A model generated the notes under the pieces. That model was not told where the DNA came from and did no database searches. It worked only from the letters and a program-made list of their open reading frames with translations. Shown piece after piece: positions 24,760-38,192 of a DNA stretch of 64,000 nt. Location: contig JASTWF010000344.1 in NCBI GenBank assembly GCA_030390025.1, positions 310,001 to 374,000 of the forward strand. The letters are read 5' to 3'. The position numbers and the translations under genes are program-made. Positions within the stretch are counted from its first letter, which is position 1. Each line of letters starts with the position of its first letter. Origin of the DNA: Squalus acanthias. Taxonomy: Eukaryota.

Positions 24760-26200
24760 AGAGTCATAACGGCACAGAAGGAGGCCATTCGGCCCATCGA
24801 GTCCGTGCCGGCTCTCTGTACAGCAATCCAGTCAGTCCCATTCCCCTGCTCTATCCCCGTAGCTCTGCAAGTTTATTTCCCTCAAGTGCCTATCCAGTCT
24901 CCCCTTGAAAACATTGAGTGTCTCCGCTTCCACCACTTCCGTCGGAAGCGAGTTCCAGGTCCTCACCACTCGCTGTGTAAAAAAGTTTTTCCTCACATTC
25001 CCCCCTGTACCTCTTGCCCAAAACCTTAAATCTGTGTCCCCCTAGTCCTTGTACCATCAACTAGTGGAAATTGCCTTTCCCCGTTCTAGCCTATCCAAAC
25101 CCGTCATAATCTTGTACACCTCTATCAAATCACCCCTCAACCGCCTTTGCTCTAATGAAAACAAATCCAGCTTCTCCAACCTGTCCTTGTAGCTAAGATC
25201 CCCCATCCCCAGAACCATTCTGGTAAATCTCCTCTGCACCCTCTCAAGGGCCTTCACATCCTTCCTAAAGTGTGGTGACCAGAACTGGACACAATACTCC
25301 AGTTGTGGCCTAACCAGCGCTTTATAAAGGTTCAGCATAACTTCTCTACTTTTGTACTCAATACCTCTATTTATGAAGCCCAAGATCCCATATGCTTTGC
25401 TAACCACGCTCTCAATATGTCCTGCCACCTTCAGGGACCTATGCACATTAACTCCCAGGTCCCTCTGTCCCTGCACACTCTTTAAAACTGTGCCATTAAG
25501 TGTATATTGCCTCTCCCTGTTCCTTCTGCCAAAATGCATCACCTCACACTTCTCTGTATTAAATTCCATCTGCCACTTGTCTACCCATTCTGCTAGCCTT
25601 TCTATGTCCTGTTGCAGTCGATTGGTATCATCATCACTGTTTGCCACACCCCCAAGTTTGATGCCATCGGCAAATTTAGAAATTCTACTCTGTATTCCAA
25701 TATCCAGGTCATTTATATACATCAAAAAACGCAGTGGCCCCAGCACTGACCCTTGGGGAACACCACTGTCTACCATCCTCCAGTCTGAAAAACAGCCATT
25801 TACCACAACTCGCTGTTTTCTGTCCTTAAGCCAATTCCTTATCCAAGCTGCCACTGACCCACCTCTTCCATGAGCCTCAATTTTGTTAACCAGCCTTCTA
25901 TGTGGTACTTTGTCAAACGCCTTCTGAAAATCCATGTAGACAACATCCATTACATTCCCTTCATCAATCCTCTCTGTTACTTCATCAAAAAATTCAATTA
26001 GATTCGTCAAACACGATCTGCCTTTTACAAATCCGTGTTAGCTCTCCTTAATTAGCTTAAACCTCTCCAAGTGCCCGTTAATTTTTTCCTTGATTATTGT
26101 TTCTAAAACTTTACCCACCACTGATGTTAAACTGACTGGCCTGTAGTTACTTGGATTGTCCTTACACCCTTTCTTGAACAATGGTGTCACATTTGCCACG
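24760..26200 (-). mobile_element. CR1 LINE 3' portion (RT), catalytic FADD mutated to FADG
   Basis: ORF 25057-26010: DFQKAFDKV, GVPQGSVLGP, KFADG; CR1 3' UTR. Confidence 0.92.
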
Positions 26201-26555
26201 TCCAGCACACTAGCTCCTACAGCCACATCACTAGCCTATTTTCACCAGGCACCAGCAGTTTAACTCACTCTCTAAATAGGCCACCTGCACAGTAAGGGAT
26301 GCTTTAAAGCCCAGGAATCGGCAAAGGGACAAACATTTGGGGATTCTATTTCACAAATTACAACAGACCTACCACAGACCTACCGCTGCCATTTATTACA
26401 GGTGATTGTTCCCACAGTGCCATCACCAGCTGCTTTATGATGCAGCAGTACCTACACTTCATCAAATTTATATCATTGGTAATGTTCAAAAACGAAATTT
26501 ACAAGAAAGGAAAATGTTTGGGTGCTACATTATGCACTGAGGGGGAGCGAACAGG

Positions 26556-26893
26556 ACAGAGAGAGAGAAAGAGACAGACGGAGAGAGAGAGAGAAAGAGA
26601 CAGGCAGAGAGAGAGAAAGAGACAGGCAGAGAGAGAGAAAGAGACAGGCAGAGAGAGAGAAAGAGACAGGCAGAAAGAGAGAGAGAGACAGGCAGAAAGA
26701 GAGAGAGAGACAGGCAGAGAGAGAGAGAGAGACAGGCAGAGAGAGAGAGAGAGACAGGCAGAGAGAGAGAAAGAGACAGGCAGAGAGAGAGAGAAAGAGA
26801 CAGGCAAAGAGAGAGAGAGACAGGCAAAGAGAGAGAGAGAGAGACAGGCAAAGAGAGAGAGAGAGAAAGAGACAGAAAGAGAGAGAAAGAGAT
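26556..26893. repeat. Compound (GA)n/gacaggca microsatellite
   Basis: Read directly. Confidence 0.95.
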
Positions 26894-26894
26894 A

Positions 26895-29800
26895 GACATA
26901 AGAACATTAGAAATAAGAGCAGGAGTAGGCCATACGCCGAGCCTGCTCCGCCATTCAATAAAATCATGGCTGATCATCGACCTCAACTCCATTTTCCCGC
27001 CCGATCTCCATATCCCTCGATTCCCCTAGAGTCCAAAAATCTACCTCAGCCTTGAATATACTCAAAGACTCAGCATTCACAGTCCTCTGGGGCAGAGAAT
27101 TCGAAAGATTCACAACCCTCTGAGTGAAGAAATTCCTCCTCATCTCAGTCTTAAATGGCCAACCCCTTATCCTGAGACTATGCCCCCTAGTTCTAGACTC
27201 TCCAGCCAGGGGAGAAACAACCTCTCAGCATCTACCCTGTCAATCCCTTTCAGAATCTTGTATGGTTCAATGAGATCACCTCTCATTCTTCTAAACTCCA
27301 GAGAGTGAAGGCCCATTCTACACAATCTCTCATCATAGGACAGGCCCTCTCATCCCAGGAATCAATCTAGTGAACCTTCGTTGCACCGCCTCCAAGGCAA
27401 GTATATCCTTCCTTAGATAAGGAGACCAAAACTGTGCACAGTACTCCAGGTGTGGTCTCACCAAGGCCCTGTACAATTGTAGCAAGACTTCCTTACTCTT
27501 ATACTCCAACCCCCTTGCAATAACGACCAACATGTCATTTGCCTTCCTTATTGCTTGCTGTACCTGCTTAACAATGGATTCCAGCATTTTCCCAATGACT
27601 GATATCAGGCTAACTGGCCTGTAGTTCCCTGTTTTTTTCTCTCCCTCCTTTCTTGAATAGCGGTGTTACATCTGCGACCTTCAAATCCGCTGGGACCGTT
27701 CCAGAATCTAGGGAATTTTGGAAGATCAAAACCAATGCATCCACTATCTCTTCAGCCACCTCGGATGTAGGCTGTCAGGTCCAGGGGATTTGTCGGCTTT
27801 TAGTCCCATTAGTTTCTCTAGTACTTTTTCTCTACTTATATTAATTACGTTAAGTTCCTCACCCTCATTAGACCCTTGGTCCCCCACCATTTTTGGTATG
27901 CTTTTTGTGTCTTCTACTGTGAAGACAGATACAAAATATTTGTTTAACGTTTCTGCCATTTCTTTATTCCCCATAATAATTTCTCCTGTCTCAGCCTCTA
28001 AGGGGCCAACGTTTACTTTTGCTACTCTTTTTCTTTTTACATACTTATAGAAACGCTTATAGTCTGCTTTTATATTTCTTGCTAGTTTTCTCTCATTCTA
28101 TTTTTCCCTTTTTATCAATTTTTTCATCAGCCGTTGCTGGTTTCTGAAACTCTCCCAATCCTCAGGCTTACTATTATTCTTTGCAACATTATAAGCTTCT
28201 TTTTTTCAATCTAATGCTATCCTTAACTTCTTTAGTTAGCCATGGTTGGATCACTTTTCCCGTGGAGTATTTGTTTCTCAATGGAATGTGTTTTTGTTGA
28301 GAATTATGAAATATTTCTTTAAATGCTAGCCACTGCTTATCTACAGCATACCGTTTAATCTATTTTTCCAATCTACCTTAGCCACCTCACCCCTCATACC
28401 TATGTAATTGGCTTTATTAGTTTAAGACTCTAGTTTCGGACTTAGGCAAGTCACTCTCAAAATTAATGTGAAATTCTATCACATTATGATCACTCTGCCC
28501 CAGAGGATCCTTTACTGAGAGATTGCTAATTAACCCTGTCTCATTACACAATACAAGATCTAAAATAGCCTGTTCCCTGGTTGGTTCCATGACATATTGT
28601 CCTAGGAAACTGTCCCGAATGCATTCCATGAACTCGTCCTCCAGACTACCTTTGCCAATTTGATTTGTCCAGTCTATATGAAAATTAAAGTCCCCCAAGA
28701 TTACTGCATTACCTCTGATGCAAGCTCCTACTATTTCTTGATTAGTATTCTGTCCAATGGTACAGCTACTGTTAGTGGGCCTATATACTACTCCTACCAG
28801 TGTTTTCTGCCCCTTGTTATTCCTTATCTCCACCCATACTGATTCTACTTCCTGATCTTCCAAGCCGAGATCCTTTCTCGCTACCGTCCTTATGTCCTCC
28901 TTTATTATCAGGGCTACTCCCCCTCCTTTTCCATTCTGCCTGTCTTTTTGAAACGTCAAGTACCCTGGAACATTTAGTTCCCAACCTTGGCCACCTTGCA
29001 ACCATGTCTCTGTAATGGCTATTAGATCAAACCCATTTATCTCTATTTGTGCCACTAGTTCATCTATCTTGTTACGAATGCTTCGTGCATTCAGATAAAG
29101 AGCCTTTAATTTAAATGTTTTACCATTATTCCCTGCTTTGACCTTATTCTCTGCTGCACTGCTACCATTAAACTCTCTGTCCCTTCCTGTCACACTCTGC
29201 TTATTTTTACACAAATCGCTACACTGCTCTATTGCCTTGACCTTTCTCTTTAGATTTCTAAATTTCCCCTCACCTGACCCCTCCCTCCCCCTTTTTATGT
29301 TTAAAGCCCTATCTACAGTCCTAGTTATTCAATTCGCCAGGACGCTGATCCCAGCCCAATTTAAGTGGAGCCCGTCCCAACGGAACAGCTCCCTCTTTCC
29401 CCAGTACTGGTGCCAGTGCCCCATGAATTGAAACCTCTTTTTTCCACACCACTCTTTGCGCCACGCATTTAACTCTCTGATCTGCTTGACCCTATGCCAA
29501 TTTGCGCATGGTTCAGGTAGTAATCCAGAGATTATTACCCTCGTGGTTCTGCTTATTAATTTAGACCCTAACTCCTCAAACTCCCTCAGCAGAACCTCAT
29601 TCTTAGTTCTACCTGTGTCGTTGGTTCCTACATGGACCACGACAGCTGGATCCTCCCCCTCCCACTCCAAGTTCTTCTCCAGCCGCGAGGAGATATCCTT
29701 AACCTTGGCACCGGGCAGGCAACACATCCTGCAGGACTCTCTTTCGTGGCTGCAGAGAACAGTATCTATCCCCCTGACTATACTGTCCCCTACTATTACC

Positions 29801-30026
29801 ACATTCCTTCCTTCTCCCCCAACTTGGATGGCCCCCTGTACCACAGTGCCGTGGTCAGTTTGCCCATCTCCCTGCAGTCCTTTTCCTCATCCATACAGGT
29901 AGAAAGTACCTCGTACCTGTTGAACAAGGTCCAGGGCTGAGGCTCCTCCATCACTACATCCTGGGTCCCCATACCTTCCTGACTCACAGTCACACCCTTC
30001 TGTCCCTGACCACTGACGAACTCTAA
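26895..30026 (-). mobile_element. CR1 LINE with ORF1 SGNH esterase region, ORF2 APE endonuclease and an internally deleted RT
   Basis: ORF1 IVGDSIVRG/VHVGTND/DGLHLN (29329-~30020); ORF2 YLNARSI, AITETWL, VYRP, GDFN, SDH (28417-29214); MLESIVK joined directly to QVQQAIRK at ~27567. Confidence 0.92.
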
Positions 30027-30659
30027 AGTACTGCTGGGTCCTTTGCTGTTTGTAGTGTACATTAATGATTTAGATATGAATGTAGGAGGTATGATCAGTA
30101 AGTTCGCAGATGACACGAAAATTGGTGGGTTGGTAAATAGCGAGGAGGGAAGCCTCAGGCTACAGTACTCTGTGCTCCTGATTATAAAACCAAATGCTCC
30201 TGATTTTTTTTAATGTTTAACTACCTGGGGAAAGCTGCAGTTGCACCCGATATCTCAGTTCCTCCACACCCTCTGGGCTTATGTCCTATTCTTTGTCTTT
30301 CCTCCCAAGGTGCAGCACCAGGTGTGGTCTGTCCTCCCATTTCTCGAACCTGACTGTGCCTTTCACCGCCCCCCTCACGATTCGCCAAATCCACTGCTTT
30401 TATGTCTTCAGTAGTCTCGAGATTGTGCTCCCAATGTCCAATCATCCATATCTGCTGAGGACAGACGTGGACTTGGCTCTGCCCCCCCCCCCCCCCCGAG
30501 GCACTGCCACCCCCGGGGCGCTGACCCCCCGAGAAATGCCCCCCCCCCGAGGCACTGCACCCCCTGGGCGCTGACCCCCCGAGAAATGTTCACTTATTTG
30601 ATCCCGTATTACAGATTCTAAAAGTTTGCCCACAACTGGCGTTAGGCTGTCGAGGCTCT

Positions 30660-31270
30660 AGTTAGGAACAGGAGGAGGCCATTCAGCCCCTTGAGCCAGT
30701 GCCGCCATTCAATTAGTTCATGGCTGTTCTGTATCTCAACTCCATCCACTCACCTTGGTTCCATAACCCTGAATACTCTTACCCGACAAAAACCTCTTTA
30801 TCTCAATTTTTGTAATTGACCCCCAGCCTGAACAGCTTTTACAGGGAGTGTGTTCCAGATTTCCACTACACTTTGTGTGAAGAAGTGCTTCCTGACATCA
30901 CCCCTGAACAGCCTAGAAGATTATGTCCCCTTGTTCTGGACTCCCCCCACCAGAGGAAATAGTTTCCATCTACCCTATCAATTCCTTTAATCATCTTAAA
31001 CACCTCAATTAGATCACTCCTTAATCTTCAATACTCAAGGGAATACAAGTTTAGTCCGCATAATTTAACCCTTTTAGCCCCAGTATCATTCTGGTGAATC
31101 TGTGCTGCTCCCCCTCCAAGGCCAATATATCCTTCCTGAGGTGTGGGGCCCAGAACTGAACCCAGTTACTCCAGATGGGGTCTGACCAGAGCTTTATATA
31201 AACTGTAACGTAACTTCCACCCCTTTGTATTCCAGCCCCCTTGAGATAAAGACTAACATTCCATTAGCCT
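30660..31270 (-). mobile_element. Degraded CR1 3' fragment
   Basis: Closely similar to 9168-9780. Confidence 0.8.
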
Positions 31271-31479
31271 TAAACCTAGTTACGCACAGTGGTCATCCCA
31301 GATACACAAAGCACACGCCAGCTCCCACACTGCTCAAATATGGTACATTACACGTAGAAATTTAACACCTCACATGTAATTTTAGGCCAACTGCACACCT
31401 CAATGCTGAACTCCTGCTGAGGCTAAACTCCATACTTCTGGCCTTTTGCACTCCACTGGTCTCTCACTGCTCAAGACTG

Positions 31480-33040
31480 TGACTGTGGCATCTCTGTTCA
31501 AAATAGAAGAAAGGGATAAACCAGGTAACTGTTGACTAATAAACCTAACATCAGTGGCAGCAAAGTTTCTAGAAGCCATAACATGGAATAAAATGAACAC
31601 TCACCTAGAAAGACACAGGATAATTAAGGACAGCCAGCACGGATTTGTAAAAGGCAAAACAAGTTTAATCGCGTTCTTTGCGGAAATAACTGAGCACGTT
31701 GGTAAAGGAAATGTAGTGGACGTTGTGCACATGGATTTTCAAGGGGTATTTGATAAGGTGCCACACAGGAGGCTTGATGATAAAAATAGAATTAAAGGGT
31801 TTGCGGCAGTATGGATAGGAAGTTGGTTAAAGGACAAAAAACTGAGAGTAGTGGTTGATGGATATTTTTCGGGCTGGAGGGATGTAAACAATGGTGTCCC
31901 CCAGGGACCATTACACTTTGAGATATTTTACACAAATATAATTAAATAATCTGGACTTGGGGTAAAGGGGGCACAATATCAAAATTTACAGATGACACAA
32001 AAATAGGGAATGTGGTTAACTGTGCAAAGGACTGTAAGAAACTTCAGAAGGGCATAAGACAGGGCAGATAGATGGCAGATGAAACTTAATGCAGAGAAAT
32101 GTGAGGAAGAATAAGAGAGGTCAAATACACTAAATGGTAGGAGACTTAGGGAGATAGATACACAAATCTTTAAAAGTGGGAGGACAAATTAATCGAGCAA
32201 TAAAAAAACACAAGATCCCAGGTTTTGTAAACAGAGGCATAAATTACAAAGGAAAGAGGGCATAATAAACCTTTACAAATCATTGGTTAGGCTGCAGTGA
32301 GAACACTGTGTCCAGATTTAGACAACATATAGAATATACAGGTGATACCTGGGATAAGAGGTTTTAGTTATGAAGGGAGACTAGAATTACAAAGTATTTA
32401 CAACACAGAAACAGGCCATTCGGCCCAACTGGTCCGTGCCGGTGTTTATGCTCCACACGAGCCTCCTCCCACCCCTCTTCATCTCACCCTATCAGCAGAT
32501 CCTTCTATTCCTTTCTCCCTCATGTGTTTATTTAGCTTCTATGCTATTCACCTCAACCACTCCCTGCGGTAGCAAGTTCCACATTCTCACCACTCTCTGG
32601 GTAAAGAAGTTTCTCCTGAATTCCCGATTGGATTTATTAGTGACTATCTTATATTTATGGCCCCTAGTTCTGGTCTCCCCCACAAGTGGAAAAATCTTCT
32701 CTACGTCTACCCTATCGAACCCCTTCATAATCCTAAAGATCTCTATCAGGTCACCCCCTCAGCCTTCTCTTTTCCAGAGAAAAGAGCCCCAGCCTCTTCA
32801 GCCTTTCCTGATGGGTATAACCTCTCAGTTCTGGTGTCATTCTAGTAAATCTTTTTTGCACCCTCTCCAGTGCCTCTATGTCCTTTTTAAAATAATTGGT
32901 TTTAAAAGGGAACTGAATATGTGAAAAAGACAAAGTTAATAGCATATGGGTAAAGAGGAGGGGAATGGGACTGAGGGCAGAGTCCTTTCAGAGAGTCAGC
33001 ACAGGAGCGATGGGCTGAATGGCCTCCTGTGCTGTAAAAT
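31480..33040 (+). mobile_element. Old degraded CR1 RT fragment, split by a minus-strand CR1 3' fragment (~32385-32895)
   Basis: SQHGFVKGK, DFQGVFDKV, GVPQG on plus; [17 protein letters not shown] on minus. Confidence 0.8.
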
Positions 33041-33334
33041 TCAAGCGATTTGATATCTCAGTCACAGGCCGAGTTCCCTTGCTGTCCCCAGGGTAGCTCC
33101 TCTTCCTCATTGGGTTGGTTCCTCACATTTGCCCAAGCTAAAACCTTCCCTCAAAAAGAAGAGAATTTCCTCTGAATAAAACACTCCTGCACTGAAATCA
33201 CAGCTTCTTCCTATAAAGTTAGTGAGAAAATAAAAATTCGTAAAGTTGGTGTGTTGTAAGTAACAGATCTGGGAGGATGACGATTCTTTTCTTGCTTACA
33301 TTCTGATGTAGCCTCACTTAATCACGGAGCAACT

Positions 33335-34628
33335 AGCGGAGTGAAGCAGTAATGAGACGCACTCACTGAGCGGAGTGAAGCAGTAATGAGACGCACTCAC
33401 TGAGTGGAGAGAAGCAGTAATGAGGAGCACTCTCTCAGCGGAGTGAAGCAGCAATGAGACGCACTCTCTCAGTGGAGTGAAGCAGTAATGAGACGCACTC
33501 ACTGAGCGGAGTGAAGCAGCAATGAGACGCACTCTCTCAGTGGAGTGAAGCAGTAATGAGACGCACTCTCTCAGCGGAGTGAAGCAGTAATGAGGAGCAC
33601 TCTCTTAGAGGAGTGAAGCAGTAATGAGGAGCACTCACTGAGCGGAGTGAAGCAGTAATGAGACGCACTCACTGAGCGGAGTGAAGCAGTAATGAGACGC
33701 ACTCACTGAGCGGAGTGAAGCAGTAATGAGACGCACTCACTGAGCGGAGTGAAGCAGTAATGAGGAGCACTCTCTTAGCGGAGTGAAGCAGCAATGAGAC
33801 GCACTCACTGAGCGGAGTGAAGTAGCAATGAGACGCACTCACTGAGCGGAGTGAAGCAGTAATGAGACGCACTCACTGAGCGGAGTGAAGCAGTAATGAG
33901 ACGCACTCTCTCAGCGGAGTGAAGCAGCAATGAGACGCACTCACTGAGAGGAGTGAAGCAGCAATGAGACGCACTCTCTGAGCGGAGTGAAGCAGTAATG
34001 AGACGCACTCACTGAGCGGAGTGAAGCAGTAATGAGGAGCACTCTCTCAGCGGAGTGAAGCAGTAATGAGACGCACTCTCTCAGCGGAGTGAAGCAGTAA
34101 TGAGACGCACTCTCTCAGCGGAGTGAAGCAGTAATGAGACGCACTCACTGAGTGGAGTGAAGCAGTAATGAGACGCACTCACTGAGAGGAGTGAAGCAGT
34201 AATGAGACGCACTCTCTCAGCGGAGTGAAGCAGTAATGAGATGCACTCACTGAGCGGAGTGAAGCAGCAATGAGACACACTCACTGAGCGGAGTGAAGCA
34301 GTAATGAGACGCACTCTCTCAGCGGAGTGAAGCAGTAATGAGACGCACTCACTGAGCGGAGTGAAGCAGTAATGGGACGCACTCACTGAGCGGAGTGAAG
34401 CAGTAATGAGGAGCACTCTCTCAGCGGAGTGAAGCAGTAATGAGACGCACTCTCTCAGCGGAGTGAAGCAGTAATGAGACGCACTCACTGAGCGGAGTGA
34501 AGCAGTAATGAGGAGCACTCTCTCAGCGGAGTGAAGCAGTAATGAGACGCACTCTCTCAGCGGAGTGAAGCAGTAATGAGACGCACTCACTGAGCGGAGT
34601 GAAGCAGTAATGAGGAGCACTCTCTCAG
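33335..34628. repeat. 34-bp minisatellite (gcggagtgaagcagtaatgagacgcactcactga), ~38 copies
   Basis: Tandem copies with interspersed variants. Confidence 0.95.
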
Positions 34629-35290
34629 CAGCCTCACAGATCAAAAGAAATGAGTACAGCCCCCGCCAAACCACAACACAAAAATAACCGTAACTAGAGA
34701 CTAGAACTGTATCTCAAACTGGCCAAGCACACAGAGCCACAGGAAGAAAACGTTACAATATGACTTAGAGCAGAACTTACTCTGTGCTGACAGCCTTTAT
34801 GAGGCTCCCTCTTCACTCCAGACCCACGAGGTGCAAGTCAAGCAGCTCGGAGTCCCGTGAAGGCACTCACAAAACAGAAGGCAGATCATGGACTCTACCC
34901 CATGCCTTGAACCTCCGGAAGGAGAGTCTTTACATGAATATACTGCCTGATCCCCAAAGGTAATGGAGCAAGACTCCAGAATATTCATCTTCCCTCACCT
35001 TTCCACTATTAACCTCTGAAGTGCTGCCTCTGCAGTGAGACAGGACCCACTGTGTCCGTGTATTACTCCAGCTGAGACCCAGCACAACAGTGGGTTTTTA
35101 TTCAGTTCATGAGGTATCAAAAGTGCAATAACATGCAAAACGTTCCAACAATTAAATGCAGCTTTTGACTGAACCTTTTATAAGTCTCTCACCCTTGCAG
35201 AAGCACTTTTCTCTTTATATAAAAAACAGGTTGGTCAAAGGTTTAGAAATGATGATTTTACCGGCTCTGCCATATCCCTCGCACACTTAC

Positions 35291-35500
35291 CGTGCTGATA
35301 TCCATTCCGATCGGCGCCTGGGTTTGGTTCATTGGAGGGGATTGTGGCATTGTGGCTGTCTGCTGCCCACTGCTCTGCTGTACCTGCGAGCCCTGAGCCA
35401 GGTTGCTGGAGCTCTGGGCCTGTGGCTGTGTGGTCTGCTGCGTGAAAAATGGATACGCGGGAAGATGCTGCTCCAATGCCAATGCGTCCATAGCAACAGC
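35291..35500 (-). CDS. CRTC1: CRTC1 internal coding exon (5th from last): AVAMDALALEQHLPAYPFFTQQ...PQSPPMNQTQAPIGMDIST
   Basis: Minus strand ttgtAG|GCT...ACG|GTAAGT; 210 nt, phase 0-0; resembles vertebrate CRTC1 AVAMDALSLEQQLPY...PQSPP...MGIDI. Confidence 0.9.
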
Positions 35501-35574
35501 CTACAATAAAACAATGCCCCCGTTAACCTGCCACACTACACACAATACAACACAAAGAGCAGCCATCACAAGGT

Positions 35575-35815
35575 AGCTCAGAGAGTGAATGCCCTGGCTG
35601 GTATGGTACTGAGTCACTCACCAGCTCTGTGCTGAGTTAGCTGACCGCACTGGGCAGTGGATGGGGAGCTGACCGCACTGGGCAGTGGATGGGGAGCTGA
35701 CCGCACTGGGCAGTGGATGGGGAGCTGACTATCGGCCTTGGGCCTCTGGCTACAGATGGAAAATCAGACAGGATTCCTGCTCCTGAGATCAAACCAATTA
35801 AGAGACTGCTGCTGG
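35575..35815 (+). mobile_element. Possible old tRNA-derived SINE remnant with internal 29-bp triplication
   Basis: ctgtgctgagttagctga...ggaaaatcagacaggattcctgctcctga resembles vertebrate SINE bodies; gctgaccgcactgggcagtggatgggga x3 read directly. Confidence 0.4.
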
Positions 35816-35839
35816 GAGGTACACCCGCAGATGTCAGGC

Positions 35840-36860
35840 GAGCTGGAGTATTGTGTCCAATTCTGGGCACCACACTTTAGGAAGGATGTCAAGGCCTTGG
35901 AGAGGGTGCAGTAGAGATTTACCAGAATGGTCGCAGGGATGAGGGACTTCAGTTATGTGGAGAGACTGGAGAAGCTGGGGTTGTTCTCCTTAGAGCAGAG
36001 AAGGTTAAGAGGAGATTTAATAGAGGTGTTCAACATCTTGAATAGATTTGATAGAGTAAATAAGGAGAAATTATTTCCGGTGGCAGAAGGGTCGGTAACC
36101 AGAGGACACAGATTTAAGGTGATTGGCAAAAGAACCAGAGGGGAGATGAGGAGAATTTTTTTTAGGCAGCGAGTTATGATGATCTGGAATGCACTGCCTG
36201 AAAGGGCAGTGGAAGCAGATTCAATAGTAGCTTTCAAAAGGGAATTGGATAAATACTTGAACAAAGGTAACTTATCTTGTTGTGGGTCAATGCAAAATAG
36301 AATGTTATCACTCCTAATCATAGAAAATTACAGCACAGAAGGAGGCCATTCAGCCCATCGTGTCTGTGCCAGCCAAAAAAGAGCGATCCAGCCTAATCCC
36401 ACATTCCAGCTCTTGGTCCGTAGCCCTGTAGGTTACGGCACTTCAAGTGCATATCCAAGTACTTTTTAAATGTGACGAGTGTTTCTGCCTCGACCACCCT
36501 TTCAGGCAGTGAGTTCCAGACCCCCATCACCCTCTGGGTGAAAAAAGTTCTCTTCAACTCCCCTCTAATCCTTCTATGAATTACTTTAAATCTATGCCCC
36601 CTGGTTACTGACCTCTCTGCTAAGGGAAATAGGTCTTACCTATGCACTCTATCTAGGCCCCTCATAATTTTATACACCTCAATCAAGACTCCCCTCAGCC
36701 TCCTCTGTTCCAAAGAAAACAAACCCAGCCAATCCAATCTTTCCTCATAGCTAAAATTCTCCAGTCCTGGCAACATCCTCGTAAATCTTCCCTGTACCTT
36801 CTTTAGTGCAATCACATCTTTCTTGTAATGTGGTGACCAGAAAAGTAGGCAGTACTAATC
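35840..36860. mobile_element. Two CR1 3' fragments, plus (35840-36265) and minus (36318-36860), facing each other
   Basis: [18 protein letters not shown] on plus; reverse-complement CR1 3' end from 36318. Confidence 0.85.
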
Positions 36861-37159
36861 TGTACAGTTTCATTTTTATAAAGGATTTAATCTTAGTTTG
36901 GGTATGTTTTTATGCCAGCGATATATCATGGCAGTAAATGGGATGGGTTTGGCCACCGGGATTCGATACAAGAACTTGCACAGAAATCCCTTCCCAAATG
37001 CTGCTCAGAGGTACAAGGAGATATTGGGAAGGACGCCTCAAGGCCACCAATGGGGAGCAAAGGGAGGCACAAGAACTTAAAATAAGAGGAACGGAGATTT
37101 CCTGGAGAAGGTTACAGAGATAGGGAGAGTGAGGGCTGTGGGGCTGGAGGGGGGCGAGC

Positions 37160-37160
37160 G

Positions 37161-37201
<41 letters not shown>

Positions 37202-37692
37202 CGAGGGCGGGGGGGGAGCAGGGCGAGGGCGGAGGGAGCAGGGGCGAGGGCGGAGGGAGCAGGGGCGAGGGCGGAGGGAGCAGGGGCGAGGGCGGAGGGA
37301 GCAGGGGCGAGGGCGGAGGGAGCAGGGGCGAGGGCGGAGGGAGCAGGGGGCGAGGGCGGAGGGAGCAGGGGCGAGGGCGGAGGGAGCAGGGGCGAGGGCG
37401 GAGGGAGCAGGGGCGAGGGCGGAGGGAGCAGGGGCGAGGGCGGAGGGAGCAGGGGCGAGGGCGGAGGGAGCAGGGGCGAGGGCGGAGGGAGCAGGGGCGA
37501 GGGCGGAGGGAGCAGGGGCGAGGGCGGAGGGAGCAGGGCGAGGGCGGAGGGAGCAGGGGCGAGGGCGGAGGGAGCAGGGGCGAGGGCGGAGGGAGGCAGG
37601 GGCGAGGGCGGAGGGAGCAGGGGCGAGGGCGGAGGGCGGAGGGAGCAGGGGCGAGGGCGGAGGGAGCAGGGGCGAGGGCGGAGGGAGCAGGG
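37160..37692. repeat. Poly-G run followed by 21-bp G-rich minisatellite (ggggcgagggcggagggagca) running into the gap
   Basis: Read directly. Confidence 0.92.
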
Positions 37693-38192
37693 NNNNNNNN
37701 NNNNNNNNNNNNNNNNNNNNNNNNNNNNNNNNNNNNNNNNNNNNNNNNNNNNNNNNNNNNNNNNNNNNNNNNNNNNNNNNNNNNNNNNNNNNNNNNNNNN
37801 NNNNNNNNNNNNNNNNNNNNNNNNNNNNNNNNNNNNNNNNNNNNNNNNNNNNNNNNNNNNNNNNNNNNNNNNNNNNNNNNNNNNNNNNNNNNNNNNNNNN
37901 NNNNNNNNNNNNNNNNNNNNNNNNNNNNNNNNNNNNNNNNNNNNNNNNNNNNNNNNNNNNNNNNNNNNNNNNNNNNNNNNNNNNNNNNNNNNNNNNNNNN
38001 NNNNNNNNNNNNNNNNNNNNNNNNNNNNNNNNNNNNNNNNNNNNNNNNNNNNNNNNNNNNNNNNNNNNNNNNNNNNNNNNNNNNNNNNNNNNNNNNNNNN
38101 NNNNNNNNNNNNNNNNNNNNNNNNNNNNNNNNNNNNNNNNNNNNNNNNNNNNNNNNNNNNNNNNNNNNNNNNNNNNNNNNNNNNNNNNNNNN
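37693..38192. other. Assembly gap (500 N)
   Basis: N run. Confidence 1.

Noticed and set aside
26437..27055. Arg/Glu-rich and Leu/Ser-rich ORFs
   Set aside because: Translations of the (GA)n compound microsatellite.
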